Assembly (NCBI GenBank): GCA_965113315.1 | Contig: OZ220369.1 | Strand: one strand, 5' to 3' | Length of the DNA: 64,000 nucleotides | From: Podarcis vaucheri | Taxonomy: Eukaryota | Shown: in pieces, positions 1 through 9,705 of the stretch | How positions within the stretch are numbered: position 1 is the stretch's first letter | Layout of the letters: each line of letters starts with the position of its first letter | The notes under the pieces: generated by a model | Databases searched by the model: none | Told to the model about the DNA's origin: nothing | The model's input: only the letters and a program-made list of their open reading frames with translations | Program-made: the position numbers and the translations under genes

Positions 1-142
1 TTCGCCAGAAGCGGCTTGGTCATGCTGGCCCCATAACCTGGAAGCTGTACGCCGGCTCCCTCGGCCAATAAGGCGAGATGAGCGCCGCAACCCCAGAGTC
101 AGTCACGACTGGACCTCATGGTCACGGGTCCCTTTACCTTTA
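1..142 (+). mobile_element. Sauria SINE, 3' part (cut by the window edge)
   Basis: gccagaagcggctt...gagatgagcgccgcaaccccagagtc...cctttaccttta; homologous to the 18288 copy. Confidence 0.9.
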
Positions 143-602
143 TCCTTCATGCAGTAGTAATAAAGATGGTAGAATTCACATAAAGCCCAACCGCATGTAG
201 TATGACCAATGTGTGTGCTGTGAAGGTTGTGGAAGGTCTTGAGTTGAGCCAGCTTGATTTAAATTTAGGCTGTGCCGCTGAAGGTTCCGTCTTCCTGTCT
301 TCCATGAATTTGTCCTCAGCTGGTGGCAAGAACTGTGTTTTGTCATAGTGAATCCCATCATGTGTGAGAGATGCTGAAAACTTCTCTGGAATATGACGTA
401 GCTGTGTTATTCAGAAGTACCTCTTGGGTGAAATGAAAGGGTGCTCCTAATTTTAAGGGGAAAGGTCATAGGATTCCCCCAAAGTGAAGAAGACTTCAGA
501 CTTGCAGGCCATTTGGGTAGGCTGCCTTCGCAATCCCATTTCCTCTGGTAAGGATGCCCCAGGATACAGAATGTTTTCTCAAAATGTTTTATTTTCCTAC
601 AG

Positions 603-706
603 ATGAAGGAAGTGTTTACAAAATAAAAGGTGTAAGGGAAGAGATACAGAATGCCCAGGAAATCAGAGATGATGAAAACACACAGGTGGAATTGCCTCTT
701 GACCAG
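603..706 (+). CDS. DCDC2B: DCDC2-family (probably DCDC2B) internal coding exon near the C-terminus
   Basis: ttttcctacag acceptor and CAG|gtatga donor. Encodes (D)EGSVYKIKGVREEIQNAQEIRDDENTQVELPLDQ, resembling the DCDC2 C-terminal motif GVFKA...EVQEDEDTQVEVPVDQ. Paralog chosen by proximity to IQCC. Confidence 0.8.
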
Positions 707-1171
707 GTATGAGGGGGTTATGTGGGCCTCTCTTTAGGTCAACATCTTCTGGATTGATTTTATGAATGGAAACTGTCACCACCGCAAAGAATCCCAGTGG
801 GTGTCGAAACTTCAGCAGGAAGAATTCACTCTCAAAATGTGTCGGGGGGGGGGGAGGAGTTGTGGAGAACTCTGAATATTGGGTTGGAGTCTCTTTGCCT
901 TTACATTGACTTGAAAGCTGAAAGCTTTTTTAGATCTCCATCCTCACACAAGGAGCCTGTTGTTAAATTTTACATTCCAATTGTGGCCACGATTCTAAAA
1001 AGCAACTGGCATTGTGGCTGTGGCCAACTTACTGTACAGCCCTCTACACAGAAGCAAGTCCCATTTTCTTCACTGGGACTTAGTGCTGTATGGAGCAACA
1101 AAGCACTTCTCCAGCTGTGTGTGTTGTGAATCCTCCTGGGCCTCTTCAATTCTATCTCCCCTTTTTTCCAG

Positions 1172-1243
1172 AAAGCTGCAGAAACTGTAGAAGAGGAAGT
1201 TGTGCCCAAAAGTGAAGCTTTGCAACGCAGGAAGGTAAAGTAG
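1172..1243 (+). CDS. DCDC2B: DCDC2B next coding exon (ends at TAG 1241-1243, or splices at AAG|gtaaag after 1234)
   Basis: ccttttttccag acceptor, phase 0 matching the previous exon. KAAETVEEEVVPKSEALQRRK resembles DCDC2 RPAEIVDEEE. Confidence 0.75.
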   Translation, partial: KAAETVEEEVVPKSEALQRRKVK

Positions 1244-1696
1244 CCGGAAAGTAAAGTAGCTGTCTAAGAGAAATGTGCATGTTGTCTGCAGCACCTTTCA
1301 CAGAAAAAAAAACATATCCATAGTTTAACCCCTTCACCTTAGAAAAGGTGGTTAATCACTTGAGCACAAAATACCATTTATTCTTGCACGTGTTACCTTT
1401 TTCTAAGACAGGGGTGGGGTACATCAGTGGCCCTCCACATCTTGCAGGGCTCCCAAGTCTCATTGTCCCCTGCAGGCAGCATGGCCCAATGGTCAGGGAT
1501 GATGGGAGTTGTAGTCCAGCAACACCTGGGACACCACAAGTCCCCCATCCCTGTTCTCTTCCTACATCTCTCCTACTCCAGCACTTGCACCCCAGTCCAA
1601 CCTTCCTTCCAATGCCCTCTGGATGCTTATTTCAATATTTTTTGGAGACAGCACTAGCCTTGTTTTTTAATTTCTAATTCTTTATGCATCAAGTAG

Positions 1697-1798
1697 GTTG
1701 AGAATACTGACAAACTACAGAAGGCCCACACAATTCAGTGTTCTGCTGGTGACTCGCAGGAAGAAGTGACAAGAAAGCCTCCTTTCCATCCGGCTTGA
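1697..1798 (+). CDS. DCDC2B: Possible terminal coding exon of DCDC2B
   Basis: T-rich tract then tag acceptor; phase-0 frame VENTDKLQKAHTIQCSAGDSQEEVTRKPPFHPA*; AATAAA at 1950-1955. No homology recognised. Confidence 0.45.
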   Translation, partial: VENTDKLQKAHTIQCSAGDSQEEVTRKPPFHPA

Positions 1799-2170
1799 AG
1801 AAACTTTGTTTCACCTGAGAAAAGACTGTGGTAACACAAAGACCCGGCAAGGCTTTTCCTAGATATGCGTGTGTGTGAGATCCTTAAACAACCACATGCT
1901 GGTTTTGTGCAATCTTCGACTCAAATGCTTATCTTATGGATGTTCTTACAATAAAGATGTCGCATTGGAATGCTCTCTACTTTGGAATGTACATCTGAGG
2001 ATCACATCACAGAGGTGGGCTGTGGTGGTGGGATCCAGGAGGCGGAAAGGGGTGCAGACCTCAATGGGCCTGTGTATGTGAGACAACTGATACTTGCTAG
2101 TTTAATACAGTGACACACACACAAAAATATGGGAATGGGTAAACAGCAGTTAACAAAAAAAAAAAAAAAT

Positions 2171-2565
2171 CCTTCCAGTAGAGACCAACTAAGTTTGTTA
2201 CTGGTATGAGCTTTCACGTGCATGCACACTTCTTGAGATACACTGAAACAGAAGTCACCAGACCCTTATATATAGTGAGAGGGTGGGGAGGGTATTACTC
2301 AGAAGGGTGGTGGGAATGGGTGATTGGCTGATAGGTGTGGTAAACCTGTTGACGACTGCAATTCCACCTTTCTGAGTAATACCCCTCCCCACCCTCTCAC
2401 TCTATATAAGGGTCTGGTGACTTTTGTTACAGTGTATCTGAAGAAGTGTACATGCACACGAAAGCTCATACCAATAACTTAGTTGGTCTCTAAGGTGCTA
2501 CTGGAAGGATTTTTTGTTTGTTTGTTTTGACTATGACAGACCAACACGGCTACCTACCTGTAACT
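2171..2565. mobile_element. Penelope-like element terminal (pLTR) remnant as an inverted duplication
   Basis: Arms ~2171-2310 and ~2364-2508 are near-perfect reverse complements. Contains CTGAAGA...GAAAGCTCATAC followed by TTAGTTGGTCTCTAAGGTGCTAC, typical of reptile PLE ends. Confidence 0.75.
2434..2471 (+). ncRNA. Minimal type I hammerhead ribozyme motif (Penelope-associated)
   Basis: GTAT-CTGAAGA-AGTGTACATGCACAC-GAAA-GC-TC-ATAC: CUGANGA and GAAA boxes, stem II hairpin, GUAU/AUAC stem I, CUC triplet, palindromic AGCU in place of stem III. Confidence 0.7.
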
Positions 2566-3432
2566 ACGACAGTTAACATCATAGATACCAGGGGTGTGCA
2601 AGAGAAAGTATGCATGTACTCACTTAACTTTTCCAAGGGATTTGTGCAAAAGTTGGGTCCAGTAGAATTAATCTGAGCCTTGAGAGCACATCGTGTGGGA
2701 AACGGGTGTCCAACTGCCTCCTTCAGTTCTAAGTACTTTTCAAGGGAGAAGGTGGTAAGGAACCTCATCATCTCATGATCAAGGGGGCACTGAGCCAGGA
2801 GTTCAGGGGCTTTATGTGGGCTGGGAGACATCATTGTGGCAGTGCAAGTCAGACTGGCAAACTGGGTCTTAAAATAATGTTTTCTCAATTCTTGTTCATA
2901 CTATAACCACATTTGCTATAAAATTGATTCTGACCCAGATTTGGGATTGAAAATGTCTTGATGGTCCTGCTAGATGGTCTATACCAGTGGAGGGTGCGTG
3001 CGAGTATATTGGCTCTCCTATAGCTTTTCAGCTTTTAATACTAATATGTTTTGAAGGGAGGGAACTGGCACTACACTTTAGTGACTTATCTGGCTGATAG
3101 CAATCCTAGGGGACTGCTGCTCTGCCCCAAGGCTCCTCTTGGCTGTGTCACCCTCCTGTGCCCTCCCCATTCATTTGCTCAGGGGCCCTTTCATTTCTTG
3201 GATGGATTTTTAAATGTCATTGTAAGCTGCCTTGGGAACTAAGGCTGAGAGATGGGGAACAAATACATAATTGCAAGGCTTGATTTAAATATGAGGCAGT
3301 GTGGGGAGACAGACTGTTTAATAATGCATCTCTGTCTTCAAGCAAACTTATACATTAGCATTCACCATATACTGTCAGTACAAAACATTTATTTAGTGTC
3401 AACAGTGCATAACACCCCTCTCAATTCCAGAC

Positions 3433-5490
3433 TAAGGTTGCCATATTTTGAAGAACAAAAAAGAGGACACATTTGCTAACTTCTACTTTTAATTACCTTA
3501 TGGTATGTCACTTTCAAATGCACTTTGTTCTTCTTTCTGATGTTGTCTGGCCCAAGCATATTTCTCTGTAGATCTTATCTTATTCAACAACTGCTTATTG
3601 CTTAAGAGATAAGCATGAAATTCCTTGCAAGTAAAGTGCTTATAATTATATTGTACTAGCAATATACTCCGCAGCGATTCCAAGGATAAGTGGCCTCTTT
3701 CTTTGCTCCACCAACTCTGCATCAAAGAGAAAATGTGTTCCATATTTGCATTATCATGTGATGCAACAGCAAAAAAAAACTGTGCAATCTTCAAAAGTTC
3801 TGAGTGGCACATGTTTTGGGAAGTCTCAAAGTACTTGGTCCACTTCTGATGTGCCTGAAGATTAATGAACCTATCATCACCTTTGCATTGATCCACAAAC
3901 TTCTTGAGGTTGCAGAATTGATCAAAGCACTTCACATCATCTATGGAAACATCCCTGTCCAGGAGAAATTTTATGGAAAGTTCTACCTTATCCCACTCAA
4001 GTGACTCACTAAGAGACATCCACATGAAGCATGAAAACTCTTTCATGGACTCCATCCATTTCCCCAAATATTCTATGCAGCTGTCATATAAGCTATTTAC
4101 ATCTGCATAGAATTTGTTACACTCTGCACCAAGACCCTCCTTACGCTTTTCTTCTAGAAGGCTCTTAACTTTGAGGGACATAAAGTTGTTGCTTTTATGT
4201 TCATTGAGCACGTTCTGAACACAAAGCAGAACTTTCAGAACCTCTACAACTGAATTATTTTCCCTTTCAAGTTCTAAAATGTATGAGTGAAACATACTCA
4301 TGAGAGACTGCAAGTGCAATAAATAAACCTCACTAAACGCGTGCTCAAAAAACCTTTTTAACACTGTTGGTGGATTATTCTGCGAGAGAAAAAATGCCTT
4401 GACAGCTGGAAACACGCGAATGAGTCTATTGACGCCTGGAAATAATGACAACCACCTTGTCTTGCTATGAGATAGCAGCTTTTTGTATTCAGTATCTACA
4501 AATTCACAGTACTCTTTTAACTGCTCCGTTCGGACTGTATAGATGTGAAAGTACTGGTATATCTTGAAAATGATGCTCTCAACATCAATGTCCAAAGTTT
4601 CTGCTGCCTGATGAACACAATTATTCAAAATGTGTCCTGGACATCCCACACCAATTAAAGTTTTGTTATCTAGCTCATTGTTCAACTTTGCGAACACATT
4701 TCTTCCTTCTGAATCCCATCGTATCCCTCCAAACATTGTGTTGCAGTTGTCACCTATGAATGCTATGCATTTCTTTAGCAGTCCTTTACTTTCAAGAGTT
4801 TCCTTCACGTATGACAAGATTGTATCTGCAGTCTCATTGGGTTGGCTTTGCATTTCAATTATTTTGGACTGCAAACCACCACTTTTCCAGTCAAAATACT
4901 GAATAACTATTGGAAACACCTTTACTGAACCATGGTTACTCCCATCAGTAGAAACTCCACAATAACATACGTCATTTTCTTCAATGCTTTTCAAAACATT
5001 TTCCAAACAATCGGGTGCCAAGACAGAATTTACAATTGCTTCTGTCTTGGTTTTTGCACTTGAAAACTTCCTTGCGATATTGGAATCCGGGAATGTCGTC
5101 TTCAGTAGGCCTGATGTGCACGCCATCACATTATAACTGTTGTGGTGCTTAACAGTGTGAAAAGCAAAAGTTCCTTCAGCTGCAGTTACTTCATCTTCCA
5201 ATTTGCTACATGGTTTTATGAAAAAGTCTGTTAATTGTGCTGAGGAAGCTTCGCCTCGAATTGCTTTTTTGTGTTTTTCGGACTCCACGTGTGATTGCAA
5301 GTCACGTCCTCCTTTATTTGCCACAGAGACAAATGTACCTGGTTTACATATCATGCATTCACCTTCAAAATCATCTCTACCTCTTCTAAAACAGGTATAC
5401 TTCTTCTGTAGCCCAACAGAAAATTTACATTTTCTTTTCGGCATTTTGTTGTGTCGAAGCACTAAATCTCAGTTTTGCCTGAAATGACTG
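3433..5490 (-). mobile_element. hAT DNA transposon body with one recognisable end
   Basis: TAAGGTTGCCATATTTTGAAGAACAAAAAAGAGGACA at 3433 resembles Blackjack-type TAGGGTGACCATA ends and lies 65 bp beyond the stop codon. No matching end with a TSD found, so the upper boundary is approximate. Confidence 0.7.
3498..5444 (-). CDS. hAT-superfamily (Blackjack-like) transposase, 648 aa from ATG (MPKRKCKF...), uninterrupted
   Basis: BED-like CxxC...HxxxxxH (CMIC...HVESEKH), STDGS, IGDNCNTM, CPGHILN (CxxH), KTRWLS and a C-terminal NANMEHIFS hAT motif. The track start at 5462 is GTG; the first ATG is 5444, with an in-frame TGA at 5471-5469. Confidence 0.9.
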   Translation of the reverse strand: MPKRKCKFSVGLQKKYTCFRRGRDDFEGECMICKPGTFVSVANKGGRDLQSHVESEKHKKAIRGEASSAQLTDFFIKPCSKLEDEVTAAEGTFAFHTVKHHNSYNVMACTSGLLKTTFPDSNIARKFSSAKTKTEAIVNSVLAPDCLENVLKSIEENDVCYCGVSTDGSNHGSVKVFPIVIQYFDWKSGGLQSKIIEMQSQPNETADTILSYVKETLESKGLLKKCIAFIGDNCNTMFGGIRWDSEGRNVFAKLNNELDNKTLIGVGCPGHILNNCVHQAAETLDIDVESIIFKIYQYFHIYTVRTEQLKEYCEFVDTEYKKLLSHSKTRWLSLFPGVNRLIRVFPAVKAFFLSQNNPPTVLKRFFEHAFSEVYLLHLQSLMSMFHSYILELERENNSVVEVLKVLLCVQNVLNEHKSNNFMSLKVKSLLEEKRKEGLGAECNKFYADVNSLYDSCIEYLGKWMESMKEFSCFMWMSLSESLEWDKVELSIKFLLDRDVSIDDVKCFDQFCNLKKFVDQCKGDDRFINLQAHQKWTKYFETSQNMCHSELLKIAQFFFAVASHDNANMEHIFSLMQSWWSKERGHLSLESLRSILLVQYNYKHFTCKEFHAYLLSNKQLLNKIRSTEKYAWARQHQKEEQSAFESDIP

Positions 5491-6352
5491 AACCAGAAAG
5501 CAAAAACAGCTCTTGAAAGTAGTATGAAGAACTTAAGAAGTTTATACAATTATCCATTCCATGTGGGAAAATATTAGTCCAAGGTGTTATCCTGAATTTA
5601 AGGAGAATTTCAAAAGTTCATGAGGTAGGTTCTGCAGACTTCAGAAGTGTTTGAAGTGGAAAAGTGACTGAGCTGGTTTTAATCCCAATTTGCTTTTTAG
5701 TCAACGTTTTCCCTTTCAACCGAAGCAGACTCTGCAGGTCAACATCCAGCTATCTTTTGTCCCCCACAAGTGAGGCAACAGGTTGCAAAATATCCTCATG
5801 TTCAGAATCCAGATCACCTAGAAGGCCAGGCTGGGAAGAAGAGACAAGACACATTGCAATCAGTGTTCCTTTCTCCAGACGTGAACACCATGTACTTGTG
5901 AACAAGGAAGTCTTAAAATAAGAACATGCAACGAAATCCACACCGATTGCGCTGGAAGCATACGCTAAAGTCGGCAGAAAAAAGAGGTGAGAATGTCTTA
6001 CTGCAGGGTGAAACGGTGATACTATAATGGGAGGCAGGCGCGAAGGAAACCGGAGGAATTAAAACTGTCACCAAGCACGCTAGCAGAAGAGAAGGCAGTC
6101 CTCGGTGAAAGGAGGAGTTGCAGTTGCAACCCCAAGGCATAAGAGTTACTTGGGAAAAGTCCCCGTAACGCACCGTGTAGCTTACTTCTGAGTAAACACG
6201 CAACAGGACGGCGCTGCAAACCACCAGAGGTGGCAAGCTCGGATCCGGGACCCGAGGAAAAGAAAGAGGGGGCGGAGGAGGAAAGGCGCCCGCGGATCTC
6301 AGCGCCTAACCTGCGGGACTGCGCGCGTGTTTCCTGCCCTCCATCTCCCCTC

Positions 6353-6507
6353 CATAGCTGTCAACCTTCCCTTTTTTTGCGGGAAATTCCCTTATTCCAG
6401 CGCCGTTTCCCGCTGCTATCCCGGATTGTTAGATATCCCGTAGACTGTCCCCGGGACAGGTGAGGCTGTTGATCCCTTATTTTCGAATCTGAAAGTTGAC
6501 AGCTATG
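6353..6507. mobile_element. 155-bp non-autonomous hAT MITE
   Basis: Perfect 13-bp TIR CATAGCTGTCAAC/GTTGACAGCTATG and perfect 8-bp TSD CTCCCCTC (6345-6352, 6508-6515). Confidence 0.92.
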
Positions 6508-6888
6508 CTCCCCTCCCATTTCATAGCCAGGTAAAGTCGGGTACGACTCCCCCCACCCCAGGTTGCCCTATCTACACTCTCCCTCGCAACCCGCCTCCAA
6601 CTGCCGCTCCTCGACCAAGCCGGACCCCAACGGAACTTGAGTCCCATTATTTTTCCCCCTTGGAAGAAGAAAGAAGACGGGGGAAGGACGGAGAGGCCAC
6701 ATGCTCGAGGTAGGGGGCGAAAGACCGAACTATGGGAGCCTCAGAGCCTGGCTTCTCCTCCCTCTCCCCCCCCCGGACGCGCCCCGCCCCCCACACGCAA
6801 ACATTGTTTCCTCCGCCTCCTCTTCCCTCAGGCCGGTCGGCGGTGTGGAGGGAGGAGGAGGAAGCGGCGTCGCCGCCGCGACTCTCAC

Positions 6889-7120
6889 CTGCCAGCCAAG
6901 TTCCGGCAAAGCACAGCAGCTCCAGTCGGGACCCCGGATTTTGAACGCTCCTCTTTGCCGCCGTTTCTCCCCCGCCGCGCCCACAAGGCCTCGCTCCAGT
7001 CTGCCAGCCAGTTCCAAAATGGCGCGGCTCAGGCATCCGCGATGCCTTGCGAACAAGCCTCGCGAGAGCTCGCCGCCAACAGCCGCCGCGAGCTGCCGAC
7101 GAGACTTGGCTGCGGGCAGG
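6889..7120 (-). other. Candidate non-coding first exon of a minus-strand transcript (5' end approximate)
   Basis: CAG|GTGAGA donor at 6889/6888 inside the CpG island, with GCCATTTT in the exon. Confidence 0.5.
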
Positions 7121-7370
7121 TGGGCTGGAGGAAGGGTCGTGCGCGCGCCAGACGTTGCAATTAATTTGAAAGCAAATAACGGAAATTTTTTAGTTTCCCC
7201 ATTCGCCTCCGTCATCCAGCCCGGAGAACGAAGAGGGCGCCTGGACAGCGCCACTTCGCGGCCGCTCTGAGGAACTTCAGGAAAAAGGAAGAAGAAAAGA
7301 GCCCGTGCTTGTCGCGCTTCGCTGACGTCATCGAGAGACGCGGTTGCCAGGGCAGCCAACGCCGAGGAAG

Positions 7371-7436
7371 ATGATGGAGGAGAGCGAGGAAGAGCGGCAG
7401 CGACTTATGCTGAGGAGGAGAGTGGTGACGCTTCAG
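7371..7436 (+). CDS. IQCC: IQCC coding exon 1
   Basis: MMEESEEERQRLMLRRRVVTLQ then CAG|gtgccg; corresponds to human MEPELLVRKVSALQ. Confidence 0.85.
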
Positions 7437-8117
7437 GTGCCGGAAGCAGATTAGTGGGTGGCATCGGTTGGCATAGTGCACCTGCCACTCAAGACAGACC
7501 TAGGGGTGCTCGTCCTCATGGTTTGGCTTCCTATCATGGCCTCATCCCCCTGGGGACCCTGAAAATGTGTAAATACACATTTCACCCATCCCACCCCTTT
7601 CCTCAGTGATTCCCTTGCAGCAAACAAACTGCTCTGCTGTTTATTTTGTGCTGCTGCTGCTGCTGTTTTTAAATGGAAATGGTGGCTTCTGTTAAAGAAT
7701 GCCCAGAGGGAAAAGTTCCCAAAAGTGGTGGTGGTAGCATGTAATATATAAATATGCACACATACATATGCCTTTTGCTCCTCTTTCTTTCCTTTCCTGC
7801 CTCCAGCATCTCCTCTCTTGGGATTGGGGTCAGGAGCGCAGTATACTAGGACTGCCAACTTCCTAACTGGCCTTTCTCCTGCATCTTCCACAGCAGCCTG
7901 GCAAAGGTGGAGATAGAAAAACCATCACTATATAATTCCTGCTTGTTGGGCTACTTTTTAAAGCCACAAGACCAGGAAGTGGGGGGAAGGGGACTCATGG
8001 CAACCCTAGAAGACTGGCCTGTGTGCACTTGTCTTATTAAACCAGGCTTGAGCTAATGACCTTTAATTCCTTCCTAATTTGTGATTGTTATTTTTTTATG
8101 ATTCATTTACTTCCTAG

Positions 8118-8261
8118 GCTCATGTCAGGGGTTACCTGGTCAGGAAGAGATTTAAAAGCTTAAAGGGGGAATATGAGAGCATCGTCAAGGAGATTGAAGG
8201 GGATCTGGATTGGCTGAAGTGGAACAGTCATTCCATGCCTGTGCCGGTGTTTCTTCCAAAG
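8118..8261 (+). CDS. IQCC: IQCC coding exon 2 (IQ motif)
   Basis: AHVRGYLVRKRFKSLKGEYESIVKEIEGDLDWLKW...FLPK matches recalled human [30 protein letters not shown]; canonical ag/gt, phase 0. Confidence 0.93.
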
Positions 8262-8448
8262 GTACGGTTACTGGTTCTTTCTGCTCTTGGTAGAAGCTGG
8301 CAGTGCTTATAATTTCGCTGGCTTTTAATTGCACGAGGAGGAAAGAGAAGAGGGAAATGAAAACTGACATCAGTAAAAGTGTGGGTGATACTTAATGTTG
8401 CAGCCATGCATTGAAAATGGTGCTCTTCTTCCTCTGTCTTAAATGTAG

Positions 8449-8761
8449 TCTGTCCAGAAACCAGTAAAAGCCAAGGAATTAAGTGTCCAAGAGCCAGGGG
8501 CCAACAAGAACAAGTTGCATGAAAAGGAGGCAGTGCTTTGTCGTCAAGAAGAGCTACTCTCCAAAAAAGACCTTGATTGCAAGATGCAATCACCAGCTGA
8601 AGTGGTGGCAGAAACTGAGGCTGAGGAACATCTTGTGGGCAGGCCCCCTGGGAATGCTTGCAGCTTGCCAGGAGAGAGTGAGGAAGGCAAGCACCACAGT
8701 AGCATGTTGTCCGAATGGAGCAGCATGATCCTCAACATGGAGTCTCCGAGGATGAGCCAAG
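8449..8761 (+). CDS. IQCC: IQCC coding exon 3 (alternative in-frame acceptor at 8458)
   Basis: Open frame between a tag acceptor and G|gtaagg; phases join exons 2 and 4. Confidence 0.8.
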
Positions 8762-8983
8762 GTAAGGCATGTGGAACAATTTGAGACTCCAAGCTCCCAC
8801 CCACTGTCTTCCTTTGCTTTGCAGTACAGTTGCTGTTTTTCTCTGTTCTTCAGCATCATCACCCAACATAGTGCTTTTTGCTTATGCTGAAAAGGCAAGT
8901 CCCTGCCCCAGTAAACTTACCTGGTAGTGGGGGGCAGGGAAGAGGAGCCAACCGGAGGGGAGAGAAAAGGGGGGACAATCTAA

Positions 8984-9199
<216 letters not shown>

Positions 9200-9343
9200 T
9201 AGGAGAGCCAGTGCTGTGGTGCGAAGCTGTGACTTCTTGTTCACACCTTTTAAGATGCCTATAGCACCCTCCAACCATTGAGAAAAGAGCTGGTGGGTCT
9301 GGGATGATCCCTCAGCTTTTGTTTCTTTGAATCTCAGTGGGTG

Positions 9344-9468
9344 GGTAAAAGGTAAAAGGTGGGTAAAGGGACCCCTGACAAGTCCAGTCATGAACGACTC
9401 TGGGGTTGCAGCGCTCATCTCGCTTTACAGGCCGAGGGAGCTGGCGTTTGTCCGCTTCCGCAGACAGT
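9344..9468 (-). mobile_element. Sauria SINE 3' fragment in IQCC intron 4
   Basis: ggtaaagggacccctgac...ctctggggttgcagcgctcatctcgc. Confidence 0.85.
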
Positions 9469-9666
9469 TCAGCACCAAATAGCTAAAACTGGCAAAGGCA
9501 CTATCCATTGGAGTCTAATGGGGGTACTGGTGCTTATTACAATTTAATATTCATTTCAGAACCAATGGTGCCCTAGGTGCTGTACAAAGGACAAGATTTC
9601 ATCTGCAACTCATTTCCTTATTTCTTCCTTTCCTCTCTCTTTTCTCCCTCCCTCCCTTCTTCGTAG

Positions 9667-9705
9667 TATTTGATCCTGAAACAGAAGTTGGGGAGCCCAG
9701 AGTGA
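9667..9705 (+). CDS. IQCC: IQCC last coding exon
   Basis: Long pyrimidine tract plus tag; YLILKQKLGSPE* matches human YLLLKQTLRSPE. Total CDS 681 nt, 226 aa. Confidence 0.88.
   Translation, partial: YLILKQKLGSPE

Larger units (their letters stand above)
6150..7470. promoter_or_regulatory. CpG island; probable bidirectional promoter (IQCC on +, unknown/transposase transcript on -)
   Basis: Dense CpG; YY1-like CAAAATGGCG 7015-7024; CTCGCGAGA (BANP/ZBTB33-type) 7059-7067; CRE TGACGTCA 7323-7330; X-box-like GTTGCCAGGGCAGC 7343-7356. Confidence 0.8.

Noticed and set aside
472-547. Possible extra DCDC2B exon ending CTG|gtaagg
   Set aside because: Weak acceptor and only a 55-nt intron to the next exon; not supportable without RNA data.
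6637-7359. Overlapping 130-210 aa ORFs on both strands
   Set aside because: Stop-poor GC-rich CpG island with low-complexity products. An in-frame TGA at 5471-5469 also rules out fusion to the transposase.
7997-8008. ATGGCAACCCTA as the missing second TIR of the hAT element (11/12 inverted match to 3433-3444)
   Set aside because: Flanks show no 8-bp TSD (TTCCAGAC versus GAAGACTG) and the span would include IQCC exon 1. More likely the end of a small decayed MITE starting near 7847.
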